This document shows positions 47,935 to 60,370 of a stretch of 60,370 nucleotides of DNA, piece after piece (position 1 is the first letter of the stretch; each line of letters starts with the position of its first letter). Location: contig NC_068999.1 in assembly GCF_001194135.2 (NCBI RefSeq), forward strand, positions 27,293,512 through 27,353,881, written 5' to 3'. The notes beneath the pieces were generated by a model, which saw only the letters and a list, made by a program, of their open reading frames with translations, made no database searches and was not told the DNA's origin. The position numbers were made by a program, and so were the translations under genes. The stretch comes from Octopus bimaculoides (Eukaryota).

Positions 47935-50830
47935 CTAAGAGGTTAATGTGTCGTCTATAGACCTGTACTTTGGTGTCAAGTCTGCCGCCTCTTTCATTCC
48001 ATAGACAATGACGGTGTTTGCCAAATACGTTGGTTGCCTTTGCAAGAGGTTGACGATTTCATCATCAAGGGAAGCACTCGAATTCACTTTACTACCAAGA
48101 TATCTAAATGACTTCACATAATTTAGGCTTTTCCCACCAACCTGTATAGGAGTGTCAGGAAAACTGTGAACCGTTAACCTCTGCTTGACACCTCGAATTT
48201 GCTTAGTAGTAGGGCACAAGTTTGGTGGATTACTTGTCTTCTTTATGCTGATGGTCAAACCAAAGGTTTTACATGCAACAGAAAATCGGTCTAGATGTTC
48301 CTGAGCTTCCTCTAAGGAGGTCACTACTAGTGCAGCATCATTTGTAAAAAGTAGATCATAAATGATGCTGGTACGTAGCAGTATTCTGGTTTTGAAATGC
48401 TGATGATTGAATAGTTCACCACTTGTTTGAAACTGGAATTTGACACTACTTTGTTTGTCGCGAAAGGTATACCTCAGCATCACTGAAAAGAAGAGTGCAA
48501 ACAAAACATGGGCCATAGCAACGAAGGAAGCCGAAGAATCCCCACCGGATACGACAGGAGCCATCATTCCTCCATGAAAGGAGACGATAACATTCAACAT
48601 CTTTTCAGGTATACTAAGCTTTTTCAGAACTTTCCATAGTGCTTGCCGGTTAACAGTGTCGATGGCCTTAGTAAGGTCAACGAATATCAAGAACAACTAT
48701 TGATTTTTCTCACGTACCTTCTTTATGACCTGTCGAAGAGAAAAGATCATGTCGATAGTGCCACAACCAGAGTGAAATCCGCACTGTGAGTTTACAACGT
48801 GTTTGATGATCCTGTCAAAAATGAGTCGAGCAAGCATCTTACCAGCAATAGACCGAAGCGATATTCCACGATGATTATCACAGACACTTCTGTTTCCTAT
48901 GTTCTTGTAAAGATGTTGAATTGAGGCATCCTTGAAGTGCTGTGGTAGACGGCCTACCATCCAAATGTTTATGAAGAGGTTATGCAGTTTCTTAAAAATC
49001 TTCTGTCCACCATGCTTGTAGATTTCATGAAGGATCGCATCCCTGCCAGGCACTTTACCAGAAGAGATTTATTTAATATAGAGTTTACCACTTCCAGGAA
49101 CGTTGGCTCCAGAGACAATTCCGGTATTTCAGTGTGCTGTGGAATAGACATTATGACGTCATCATTAGTGACTGAGGTGGAGTTCAGCACGGCTTCGAAG
49201 TGATCTTTCCATCGTTTCAGGATGTCAGATTTGTCAGTCAACAGAGTCTTTCTATTCGATGAAAAGATAGGAGTGACACCGTGCTCTTGAGGACCATACA
49301 CTTTATTGAGGACCATACACTTTCTTGAGGACCATACACTTTCTTGAGGCCATCATAAAAGGCTTTAGAATCCTTTCTGCTTGCAGCTTCTTGGTGTTCA
49401 GTAGCCTTGAAAGACCACCTTCATCTGTCTCAGAGCACGTAAGACCTGGCTTCTGCATTTCTAGTAGACATTCTCTTTTCTGGATGAGCTCTTATCATTT
49501 ATCCATGGTTTGTGAGAGTTGTGCATTTTATCTATCAACTGTTGGACATCTGTGTTGTTATCGTTGAACCAAACTTGATGTTTACGAACAGGAAGTCGGA
49601 GAACCTCTTCAGTAGCAGTGTGCGTTGCATCACGCAGAGCCTCCATAGATGATTTTATGTCACCATTGATATCAACAGTGTTGAGTGCAGTGTCCAACTT
49701 GATACAGAGCTCAGCCTGCTTTTCAACAGTTTTCAAAAGCAGAACATTAATACGCATAGGCACTGATGACTTTTGTAGTCATGTATTTCAGATGGAACGT
49801 AGTCTTACTACGGAGAAGAGAATAGTCAGAGAGATAGCAGGTGTTATGAAAGGAATGTGTAATATTAAAGTCCCTAATATCTCATTTCTTAGTGATAACA
49901 TATAGTCTATGAGATACCAACCCTTAGATCTAAGATGCATTTAGGTCCTCTTGCAACAATTTCGCTTTTTAAAAAAGGTATTTCGGATGCTTAGGCTGAA
50001 TTCCCTGCAGATGGAGAGCACATGCAGACCGCTAGAGCTCATTCGACTTACACCATGGCGACCAAGTACACCCTCCCATACCTGGTAGTCAGTACCAATA
50101 CGAGCGTTAAAGTCGCCCATAAGGATAAGTTTATCCCTATGGTGACAACCGGAGATGGCATCACGGAGTTGGTTATAAAATTCATCCTTTCCCTGTTCGG
50201 TGCTGGCCATGGTTGGGACATAGCAACTGACAAGCGTAGCATGAGTGTTGTGATCAAGTTCCAGCATTAGTGTCATGATGTGATCAGAAATACCTTTGGA
50301 TAGAAAGAAGGGATCTAGCTATTTCTGTTTTGATGGCAAAACCAACACCAGAGTGGCATGGTTTGTCTTCATTTCTTCCACACCAGAAAAATATGTATCC
50401 ACCTTTACTCTAACTGTGATGATCCTGCAAGACGAGTTTCACTGAGTGCAGCTATGTCAATGTTGTATTTCTTTAGTTCAAGAGCAACCGGTACTACTTT
50501 TCATTTTGGTGCTGAGTGACTATCTTGGAGAGTGCTGACATTCCAAGAACCAAGGTTAATATTCTTAGATTTCTTCATGTTTCAACTGCGTTGCTAAATA
50601 ATCAGACAGCTGCAGTGGGCTGTCAAGTTTAAAGTGAGTAAGCAATGTTTGGGGCTCCTTTTCTCGCCCCTCTTCCGTTGGAGAAAGCAGTGCTGTGTCT
50701 AAATAGACCTGCTTTGCCACCATTGGAGGACACTGACAACACAGTTACTCACAAGTCAAGTTCTGTGCTGCAATGGCCATCATCCAATGGTCGCCAACTG
50801 TATAGAGATCCAGCAAGAGACTTCCAGTAA
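47935..50830 (-). mobile_element. RTE-clade (BovB-like) LINE, near full-length, inactivated
   Basis: EN: NINLGSWNV..DIAALSETRL..VSCYVPT..ILMGDFNARIG; RT: PGRDAI..NHRGISL..SQCGF..FVDLTKAIDTVNR..LLFTNDAAL (catalytic motif decayed to FTND, 48337-48348)..FRYLGS. Confidence 0.93.
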
Positions 50831-51309
50831 TATCTATCTTTACCTGTCCCTGCTGCTATCACTCTCTCGCCAGGACTTTTTGATTTTTGCAAGTTAAAGC
50901 TGTGCTGTATTGAATGAATAAATGTAAGTTGTCAGAAAACCCACACATACGATTTGATTTGAGTGTTGAAGGCTTGTGTAGAATCAGCCACACGTTTTGG
51001 AAGTGATGATATCAAGAATATGGTACACATATGTGCCACAATACCAATTACAGGCTTTTTCTTCAGACGTTTCCATCTAGACGAGCCGGTATAAACAAGT
51101 TAGAGAGCCTAGTCTACCCTATGAGTCAGAGTTTGCTGTTAAGGAGACCCTCAGCAACCAAAGACCTGGTTTTATATCAGAGTTTCCCTCTCCTAGATGG
51201 GTGCCTTCATCACAGTTAAGGAATCCCATCTGCCCCCTAATACATGGAATTAAATACATCACATAAAAAAAAGTATATACACATACACATATAGTTAGAT
51301 GGTCATTGA

Positions 51310-51505
51310 CTACTCATGAGTTCCTCCGCCCTTTATGACAGGTTATATTTTTCGTCCCGCTGGGTGTCCAGCAACCACCTTCCTCACCAAGCAAGCTTGG
51401 TTGCCAGTTTAGTCGCCGACGATCCCACCATGTAGCAGGCTGTACTGGGTTGCATGTTACCAGTAGCAAACAAGAGCGACTAATAGCACTCGGGAACGAC
51501 CTGAC
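51310..51505 (-). mobile_element. Putative RTE-type 5' UTR fragment
   Basis: Reverse complement ends GTCATAAAGGGCGGAGGAACTC, resembling RTE 5' UTRs as I recall them; not verified. Confidence 0.35.
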
Positions 51506-51616
<111 letters not shown>

Positions 51617-52171
51617 TGTATGTATGTATACACACACACATACACTTGAGAGCGACCTGGCTATACACACAAACACACACACACACTCACAGAATGTAGT
51701 TAGTTGCCTTAGCATATCTATCTAATCAATTTCTGTTTAGCACGTCGATCAAAAGCGTCAATGCCAGACAGAAAAAAGAGTGAAGCCGAGATCCTTGGAA
51801 GATTCACTTGCAATGGGGATAGGTTTAATGCTTATGATTCCCTCTTTTGTTTCTAACTGCAAACACATATGTCATTTACTTATGAAATATTTCGTGTATT
51901 TTCTTATTATCGGCGTTACCGTATGACTATTGTATTGTTTCCAGTATCTATGCATGAAGAATATGAAAAGCCTTCCGGTCAATCCATGCCATACTCAAAC
52001 CCTCCTTTTTCTGCCGGCAGTCTTCGGTTATAGCTTTATTAATTAGTGATTGATGTTTTGAGTCTTAGAAGTGGAAGACAACACAAACTTCAATCTGAGG
52101 CACCGATATTGCTTCCTTAGACTAGACTAAATCTTGTCTCCTTAGGAAGAAAGAAAGAAAAATAGATAGAT

Positions 52172-52227
<56 letters not shown>

Positions 52228-52529
52228 GAACCATCATCTATAAATGTATTAACAAGGAAAACAAAAGAGTTGACAACCCATCACCAGCATTAGCAGAGAA
52301 ATACTTGAAAGGTGTGTGGGAATTACTATGACAAGTGGAAGCTAGTATGAGACGGTAGCAGCATTCTTTCTCAACGATGAAGAGGCAATAGAAATATCTA
52401 CAAATGGTTGTTAATCCTAAAAATATGTACTGCTACCATCGTATTTAGGGAAAAGTGTTAATAAGGTGACTCTAAGTAATGCGATACCTAAAATAAACAT
52501 TATTTTAGAATGACTTTGGGGGAGTAATG

Positions 52530-53150
52530 AGCGACTGTTACTATGAGAATCACCCCACACAAAATCTTATCTCACCTGAAGCAACGGTACAGATGTTGCT
52601 CAATCCAGAAAACTTACTATATATTTCCACACTTATTTATCTGGAAAATGAGGACCTCATTAGAGCTGTGACAGAAAGCAGGAGCGCCAGGTGTTATCCT
52701 TGTGGAAGCACCGACCACCAGAAGGCGTTCTCCCCTCAAGCAAAAGCGTTCTCCCCTCAAGCAAAAGCGTTCTCCCCTCACAGCTACAACATAACGACTG
52801 CAACAACTTCCACACCAGTAGCATCAAGAACAGTGGAAAAATAAGAACAAGATCCCAAATGCAGACATACGTAACGACTCCTCTTCTGAATCATTCTCAA
52901 ATGAAGACAAGATAAACCGGAAACTCTGAGTGGCAAACAGTCACCAGAAAGTCCCCAAAACAAAGAGCAAATGTCTATATCCCCACCACGAACGTAGATG
53001 AAGCATAAAATAAGAATGACAAGCAAAACTTCTACCAGCACAAACAAGGTCCCTAATACAATAACCTCCGATCCATTGACATAGATGTGGTAACTATAAC
53101 TGAGACCAGAATTTCTGGAACTCATGCACTCAGCTTCGTTTTTGATGACA
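52530..53150 (+). mobile_element. Tx1/L1-type ORF1 zinc knuckle and start of ORF2 endonuclease
   Basis: RCYPCGSTDHQKAFS (CX2CX4HX4 with final Cys to Ser, Cys1 at 52692); downstream NNLRSIDIDVVTITETRI. Confidence 0.65.
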
Positions 53151-53699
53151 AATACTAATTTTGTGGTGGAACGGGATCAACTCCATTCCCTGCTTCCCAC
53201 GCTTACAAAAACAACATCTTAAATAAATTGAAACATTGGCTAGCGAACTAGCTCACAAAGTGGCAATCCAAAACATATAGAGCCTACAACTTCCTGAATA
53301 GAATACAATAGAGGTTTGTCCCCACTCTGGACACGCATTTTCCAAATTATACCTATGCAAACTTTCAAGACCCCACTAAGCATATAGACAGCTTCATATG
53401 TAGACGGAACCCTCCTCCACTTCGGTCTTCGAAGTGCAGTCTTCGAGGACTGGAATTATTGGTCCACAACAACAGGCTTTAAGTGGCACCTATCAAATTC
53501 TCTGTCTCTTTTCTTACCAGCAACACCAAAGAGTATTAAATACAACCACTTCTCACACTCAACAACATAAACATAACGCGCGCGCGCGCACGCACACACA
53601 AACACACACACACAAACACACACACACACACAGAACAAAAATACTATGAGTTACATACAACTCCTCTACAATATTAGCAACACGGAATATATATAAATA

Positions 53700-54390
53700 A
53701 AGCATAACGACGTACAAACACACATACCGAGAGCAACAGAAAAAAAAATTGTAATAATGGCGTACAAACAATACATTGAATCCATCATGGATTTAGCCAG
53801 TCCTACATGGGAACCAGATCTCTCCAAAATAAATGACAATAAATTACTAAAAACAAAAAAAGAAGCCAGCGTGTAACGCATCATAACATGTTGTACATTG
53901 ACCACACCCACTGAACACCTACACAACGAAATAAAAATACGAATCATGAAAGCCCGCTTGTACATGCGAGGGACATAATTTGTTGCTGCAACAAACATGA
54001 AATCTCACAGTCCTTGTCATTGCATAAAAAAACACCTCCAAATACCCACATACATGCATCAATCGTAGAGTATTCTTGCAACTTCCTAGAATCACTGCCT
54101 CACCAACTGAACTTAGACAAGTATGAGGGATACACACATACAGAAGTAGTGGCAAATTCAACAGCCGTCAATACTATGCTAGGATGCACGTTACCACTAA
54201 AACGTGGTGATGAACAGCAACATTTGAGCCCTGATCGAGTACACTTTGCTCTCTCCCTTCCTTGGGCAGGCAGGGTGTACAGGACGTACAGAAATAGACC
54301 GAACAGTGGAGAGAGTGTACTCTATCAACACAGTCACTAAGCCGCATCCCATATCGCAATTTATCTCTGCATGTCCATGCACATAGCTAT
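53700..54390 (+). mobile_element. I-group (I/Nimb/Jockey-like) LINE C-terminal fragment
   Basis: GATEKKIVIMAYKQYIESIMDLASPTWEPDLS..NKLL..RIITCCTLTTPTEHLHNEIKI. Confidence 0.65.
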
Positions 54391-54547
54391 GGCCCTCAGA
54401 ACGAAAAAGGATATAACTAGGAAAGTGTCTCTAGTAGGTTGGGTCACGTCATTCGGCTGATTACGTGTTTGATCAGGGCTAACCTGAACTACACTCACGC
54501 ACACTCACACACACACACACACACACAAACAAACAACCAAATGCACT

Positions 54548-54583
<36 letters not shown>

Positions 54584-55300
54584 TAACACAAACACACGTA
54601 CACACACACACATACACAAATAACACAAACACACGTACACACAAACACATGTACAGATGGACAGGAGAGAGAGAGAGAGGAGGAGGAGAGCGGGCAAGAG
54701 ACAGACAGACAGAGACAGAGAGAGGAAACATAGCAGCAGGTGTACGTGAAGAGAGAAAAGTGGAACTGGATGGGGTCTGTGACAAATAAATATCTGCTCT
54801 GTCGGCCTCCTACATAGCTAAACTTCAGAATAAGAGTAGGAGTAATAGCAGCAGCATGAGACACCTGACAAAGTAGTGGCAAAATCTATCTACTGTTAAA
54901 AAACAATTTTGTTATTAACTGTCATGTGCTGTTGGTGTTACTTACGCAGCTGCTGACGTATTGAAAGTTCTTAGGAGGGCGGAGTTCTTAGCGAGACAAC
55001 AGATCTAAAATAAATGGGCGGGCAACTGAAATATTCCTTCTATAAATATACATAAACAAGGTTAGACATCATCGCTGTAATATCCAGAGATCCAGTTAGG
55101 TGTTTCCTATGAATCTTTTCTGGTAGTATTGCAGTTCCTTGCTGTGGCGATTGAAGTAGAGAGAATAATATCTATCACAAGTAAGTTTCCTCTGCAGCAG
55201 ACAATATTTTCTTCTCACAACTTACGAACAAATCAGCTATATACATATTGAATTGTTATGTTTTCTTTTTTGTTTTGGAAATATAATTGTAAATGCACAC

Positions 55301-55355
<55 letters not shown>

Positions 55356-55478
55356 AGCATGCACGCACACATACATATGTGTGTGTGTTGAGATGTTTGT
55401 GAATTTGTGAGAGAAAAACAGTGGAGTGTATGTATGTGCATCTGTGTGTAAGAGAGAGAGAGGGGAGGCAGACAGACA

Positions 55479-55509
<31 letters not shown>

Positions 55510-55850
55510 CGTGCGTGCGTGTGTAAGTATATGTGAGTGTGTCTGTGTTTGTGTATGTATATGTCTACACACACAAACGCGCGTATGTATATGCATATAA
55601 CACTCACATTACTTTTGTATACGTATATATATTACACTAGCACACACACAGACACATATGCAAATACGCGCCAGAATCCCCTAACAAATTCCGGATAAAC
55701 CACATACACCCAAATATATCTTTACTCGAATGGGGAGTCGTTCTCAAAGTATAACTGTTATATGAAACATCAAATGATCTTAGTGCTATTTGAGTTAGTC
55801 ATGGCTTCGGCCGAAACTTATCTAAGTATGTATGTAGTTACACACAGACA

Positions 55851-55856
55851 CACACA

Positions 55857-55926
<70 letters not shown>

Positions 55927-56843
55927 NNNNNNNNNNNNNNNNNNNNNNNNNNNNNNNNNNNNNNNNNNNNNNNNNNNNNNNNNNNNNNNNNNNNNNNNNN
56001 NNNNNNNNNNNNNNNNNNNNNNNNNNNNNNNNNNNNNNNNNNNNNNNNNNNNNNNNNNNNNNNNNNNNNNNNNNNNNNNNNNNNNNNNNNNNNNNNNNNN
56101 NNNNNNNNNNNNNNNNNNNNNNNNNNNNNNNNNNNNNNNNNNNNNNNNNNNNNNNNNNNNNNNNNNNNNNNNNNNNNNNNNNNNNNNNNNNNNNNNNNNN
56201 NNNNNNNNNNNNNNNNNNNNNNNNNNNNNNNNNNNNNNNNNNNNNNNNNNNNNNNNNNNNNNNNNNNNNNNNNNNNNNNNNNNNNNNNNNNNNNNNNNNN
56301 NNNNNNNNNNNNNNNNNNNNNNNNNNNNNNNNNNNNNNNNNNNNNNNNNNNNNNNNNNNNNNNNNNNNNNNNNNNNNNNNNNNNNNNNNNNNNNNNNNNN
56401 NNNNNNNNNNNNNNNNNNNNNNNNNNNNNNNNNNNNNNNNNNNNNNNNNNNNNNNNNNNNNNNNNNNNNNNNNNNNNNNNNNNNNNNNNNNNNNNNNNNN
56501 NNNNNNNNNNNNNNNNNNNNNNNNNNNNNNNNNNNNNNNNNNNNNNNNNNNNNNNNNNNNNNNNNNNNNNNNNNNNNNNNNNNNNNNNNNNNNNNNNNNN
56601 NNNNNNNNNNNNNNNNNNNNNNNNNNNNNNNNNNNNNNNNNNNNNNNNNNNNNNNNNNNNNNNNNNNNNNNNNNNNNNNNNNNNNNNNNNNNNNNNNNNN
56701 NNNNNNNNNNNNNNNNNNNNNNNNNNNNNNNNNNNNNNNNNNNNNNNNNNNNNNNNNNNNNNNNNNNNNNNNNNNNNNNNNNNNNNNNNNNNNNNNNNNN
56801 NNNNNNNNNNNNNNNNNNNNNNNNNNNNNNNNNNNNNNNNNNN

Positions 56844-56900
<57 letters not shown>
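55851..56900. repeat. (CA)n and (TA)n microsatellites flanking a 917-bp assembly gap
   Basis: Direct reading; N run 55927-56843. Confidence 0.95.
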
Positions 56901-56901
<1 letters not shown>

Positions 56902-57099
56902 GTACACATATATATATTATATTATAATTATATTATATTATATATAATATGCCGCCTCACCGGTCAACTACAATGCTTATTTCTCCACAGATTCTCACTT
57001 ATTCTATTGATTGTTTTGAGATACAAATACAAAGACGCATACATACACCCACAAACTGACACACATTCAATATATCTATATAAAATTGTGCATGACAAT

Positions 57100-57490
57100 A
57101 ATGCGTCCACACAGAATTTGCATCACCAGTCTGGGACCTCTATCTTGCTCAGCATATGAATCTCCTTGAAACAGTTCAGAAGCGAACAACAAAGCGAGTA
57201 CCCGCCGTCAGGCATCTACCGTACTCTGAACGCCTTGTTTTCCCTGGGCGTGGACACATTGATGCTCAGATGTCTGGCAACTGACTTCGGCACCTTTTTG
57301 AATTTCATATGTAAAACACTCGTGAACATGCTTACAAAATCAAATAACAACACAGCACCCATGATTTTCCGAAACATATTTTCGCGCTAAGAATTGTTGA
57401 AGCATGAAATAAAATACCCGCATCAGTCGTTAGTTGTCGAGACGCTACATCCTTCAAAACTTCCATGATCTCTGAAGTCCGCCAATAGTA
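57100..57490 (+). mobile_element. CR1/L2-type LINE 3' end
   Basis: RPHTEFASPVWDLYL..LLETVQKRTTKRVPAVRHLPYSERLVSLG..TREHAYKI..RIVEA*NKIP..SFK. Confidence 0.85.
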
Positions 57491-57551
57491 CGCTTGGTGG
57501 CCTTTTTATTTCTTAGTTGTAGTACACCTGGGCACTGCATACAACAATTTC

Positions 57552-57593
<42 letters not shown>

Positions 57594-57594
<1 letters not shown>

Positions 57595-58304
57595 AGAAAA
57601 ACGTTTTTAATTATGAACAAGTCACAGTTATAATGAAAACATAACCGCCTTCCTTGGCAGAGGTAACTATGAGGGTTAAAAAACCCTTACATGTTAAAGA
57701 TAGCAGCCAAAACCGCTATAAAGCCATTATATCACTCATATTATTTCTCACGATAAAAACTGTCTTCGGGCGACATGGCAAATAGAATCCACTACTTGAA
57801 AATAACTGGTTAATTCCCTATTGCAATTTCGGCGTTAGGGACCTCTTCAGGGACACATTCGCCTCGTAAGGGGAAATATTCCTGCAGATAGAAATCAGAG
57901 CAAGATTTTACCTTGGAGCTAGCATGCATCCCGACCGGCAGTAGAAATATTTTCCCCTCTATCTACACAATCAAGTTTTGAATTCAAATGTCATGCACAG
58001 CGTTTATGTGAAAAGACCGGTAATCTCGAGCCACGGCAAAATCACCGGAAATGAGTTAGGAAAATTTAACTAAGTTGAGAGTGATGTAAAAACATTACGG
58101 AGGATATATTATAAAAAATTAAGATTATTAATGAATATATCAATGGTCAAACATGTTATCATGAAATATAAAGAAGAAAAACGTTTATAACTATGAACAA
58201 GTCACAATTATAACTAAGCCATTATATCACTCATATTATTTCTCCTCACGATAAAAACTGTCTTCGGGCGACATAGCAGATAGAATCCACGACTTGAAAA
58301 TAAC
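57594..58304 (-). mobile_element. Retrozyme/pLTR-like tandem unit with an internal HHR
   Basis: Direct repeats 57594-57806 and 58174-58304 (offset 580 bp; the second lacks ~85 nt); HHR at 57813-57856. Confidence 0.7.
57813..57856 (-). ncRNA. Minimal type I hammerhead ribozyme motif, intact core
   Basis: Minus strand TCC-CTGAAGA-GGT-CCCTAAC-GCC-GAAA-TTGCAAT-A|GGG; perfect palindrome ATTGCAAT as stem III; AUA triplet; predicted cut between 57819 and 57818. Confidence 0.75.
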
Positions 58305-58326
58305 AAATACACATACATATATATGT

Positions 58327-58360
<34 letters not shown>

Positions 58361-58744
58361 GCACACATATATATATACACACAGTCACATGCATACACAA
58401 ACACTCCGACACGCACATATCCATACACATATACACATGCACTCACACATCCACCGACCCACATAAATATATGGTGTTGATGATGGTGGACTGTCTTTTG
58501 AATTACTGGTGCAATCCCCACGAGATGTTTGTTAAGCACTTTCCGTGTATCAAAGTTCACTCACAAGGTATATATCAATCAAAGCCTTTGATATTTCAAG
58601 TTGCCACACAATTTGATAGAAAACAGAACCTTGTAGTTGCGAAGCGAATTTCTTAGTCACTCAGTCATACATCGACTACGTATATACATATATGCACACA
58701 CACACACACACAAATACATACATGCATACACACACAAACACACA

Positions 58745-59060
58745 CAATGGGGAAACGCTATCGGCGTATACCTAAAAAAGGTATAAGGATGGCAAAAGAC
58801 TACTATGAAGTCACTTGGAATGGTTCCAGAAGAGATAGAAACCCGTGCTTCGGATCGAGTTGGATGGCGAATAAAGGTGTGGAGTGGAGTAAAAGCATTT
58901 GAAGAGGCCTGGATAACGCAAGTAAGACTAAAAAGAGATCTAAGGAAGAATGTAACGATCGAGAAGGGGAATGACAATGACCTTTTTGTATGCACAGTCT
59001 GTGACAGACCATGCCTGTCTTTTGCTGGCCTCAAATCTCATCTGCGAACCCGAGGAAAAC
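58745..59060 (+). mobile_element. RTE LINE 3' end
   Basis: ASDRVGWRIKVWSGVKAFEE..FVCTVCDRPCLSFAGLKSHLR (RTE C-terminal C2H2-like motif). Confidence 0.85.
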
Positions 59061-59399
59061 GAACCTCCACCAACTATTCTGCTTCTATGTCTCTGCACAC
59101 CTTTGAATGCAGTGTATTCTCAAAAGAAATGTTAAAATCCACAAAGAGCAGAACTTATCTGCAGGTCTTAGTGGTCCAAATAAGAGGTGCAATCTATGTG
59201 GGTGTCTTTACAGAGCATTGTTTGGTTTTAAAAGCGACATCGGACGCCATGATGGTCCTAAGGTGTAGGTACAGGAGGTGGTCAAACTCTGTATAAGGAA
59301 TAGACAACCGCCAAATAGTAAAGTTTATTTGCCAACAGAATGTGGCGGTCTTATAAGGGACGATGTTACTGTTGTTTAAACCCCAGGAAAACATTATGT

Positions 59400-59731
59400 A
59401 TATGTGTGTGTGTATATATGTGTATGTATGTATGTATGTATGTGTGTGTGTATGTTTGTGTTTGTGTGTTTGTCACCCCACCATCGCTTGATAACCGATA
59501 TTGGTGTGTTTACGTCCTCGAAATTTAGCGGTTCGGCAAAATTGACCGATAGAATAAGTACTAGGCTTACAAAGGATAAGTCCTGGGGTCGATTTGTTCG
59601 ACTAAAGGCGATGTTAAAAAATCCACTCACAACGCTCTGGTCGGTTTGAGGCTGTTGTACAAGGCAATTGCCTAAGGGGACTGAACACAGAATCATGTGG
59701 TTGAAAAGCAAGTTTCTTCCGACACAGCAAC
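59400..59731. mobile_element. SINE family A 3' half (+, 59400-59612) joined to a family A head (-, ~59620-59731)
   Basis: GCGGTTCGGCAAAATTGACCGATAGAATAAGTACTAGG..., then reverse-complement head GTGTCGGAAGAAACTTGC...CACATGATTCTGTGTTCAGTCCCC. Confidence 0.8.
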
Positions 59732-59754
59732 ACACACACATGCACACACACACA

Positions 59755-59803
<49 letters not shown>

Positions 59804-59989
59804 GTATAGATATGTGTGTGCGTGTGCATGCGTGGATGTGTGTATGTGTGTGTATAAGTATACAGATAGCCTTCTTTCATTTTGTGTCTTAGAAATTCAC
59901 ACACATGGTTTTGTATGTGCATATAAATATACACATGCATATAATACATACATACATACTTACATACAGACACCACGATGTATATATAC

Positions 59990-60325
59990 AAATATTCTTT
60001 TATTCATTTACCCTATTACTTGTTTCGGTCAATTGACTGCGGCCAAGAGTTTTAGTCGAAGAATCGACCTCAGGACTTATTCTTTGAAGCCTAGTACTTA
60101 TTCTATCGGTCTCTTTTATCGAACATCGGGGACATAAACAAACCAGCATCGGTTGTCAGGTGATGGCGGGAGGACAAAGACAAAAAGACATATAAATTTG
60201 TACGATGGGCTTCTTTCAGTTTCTGTCTACCAAATCCACTCACAAGGTCGACCAGAAGCTATAGTCGAAGACACATGGTACCACACAGTGGGACTTAAAC
60301 CGGAAGCATGTGGTTGGGAAGTAAG
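59990..60325 (-). mobile_element. SINE family A, near full-length
   Basis: Reverse complement TTCCCAACCACATGCTTCCGGTTTAAGTCCCACTG...GTGAGTGGATTTGGTAGACAGAAACTGAAAGAAGCCC...ACCGATAGAATAAGTACTAGG. Confidence 0.85.
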
Positions 60326-60370
60326 ATGCATATATATTACATATACATATACATAAAAACGTATATATAT

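Noticed and set aside
49286-49349. CRISPR-like short direct repeats (also 52725-52780, 39240-39535)
   Set aside because: No unique spacers, eukaryotic context and no cas genes; these are tandem duplications.

Overview
Eukaryotic, AT-rich, microsatellite-dense genomic DNA with six N gaps. It is probably from an octopod cephalopod: the SINE families match my recollection of Octopus repeats, which I could not verify by search. I could not identify any host protein-coding gene, so the window reads as intergenic or deep intronic. Most of the supplied ORFs are translations of microsatellites. The informative content is decayed mobile DNA: three or four Penelope-like elements (PLEs), five R4/Dong-type REL retrotransposon fragments, five Tx1/L1 fragments, RTE (one near full-length), CR1 and I-group LINEs, a Gypsy integrase fragment, a complete-ended hAT-Charlie with 8-bp TSD, pogo/Tigger and Merlin transposase relics, a canonical non-autonomous Helitron, a Helentron-type HINE, and many tRNA-derived SINEs. 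The most interesting signals are RNA-structural. At least four unrelated minimal type I hammerhead ribozyme (HHR) motifs are present. One sits in a ~308-bp TSD-flanked composite (inverted arm + tRNA-derived Pol III head + TAA linker + HHR), a candidate ribozyme-bearing, PLE-mobilised SINE. Another sits in a retrozyme-like ~580-bp tandem unit. There are also four long inverted repeats or hairpins. All family assignments come from reading and hand-translating the sequence, not from database searches.
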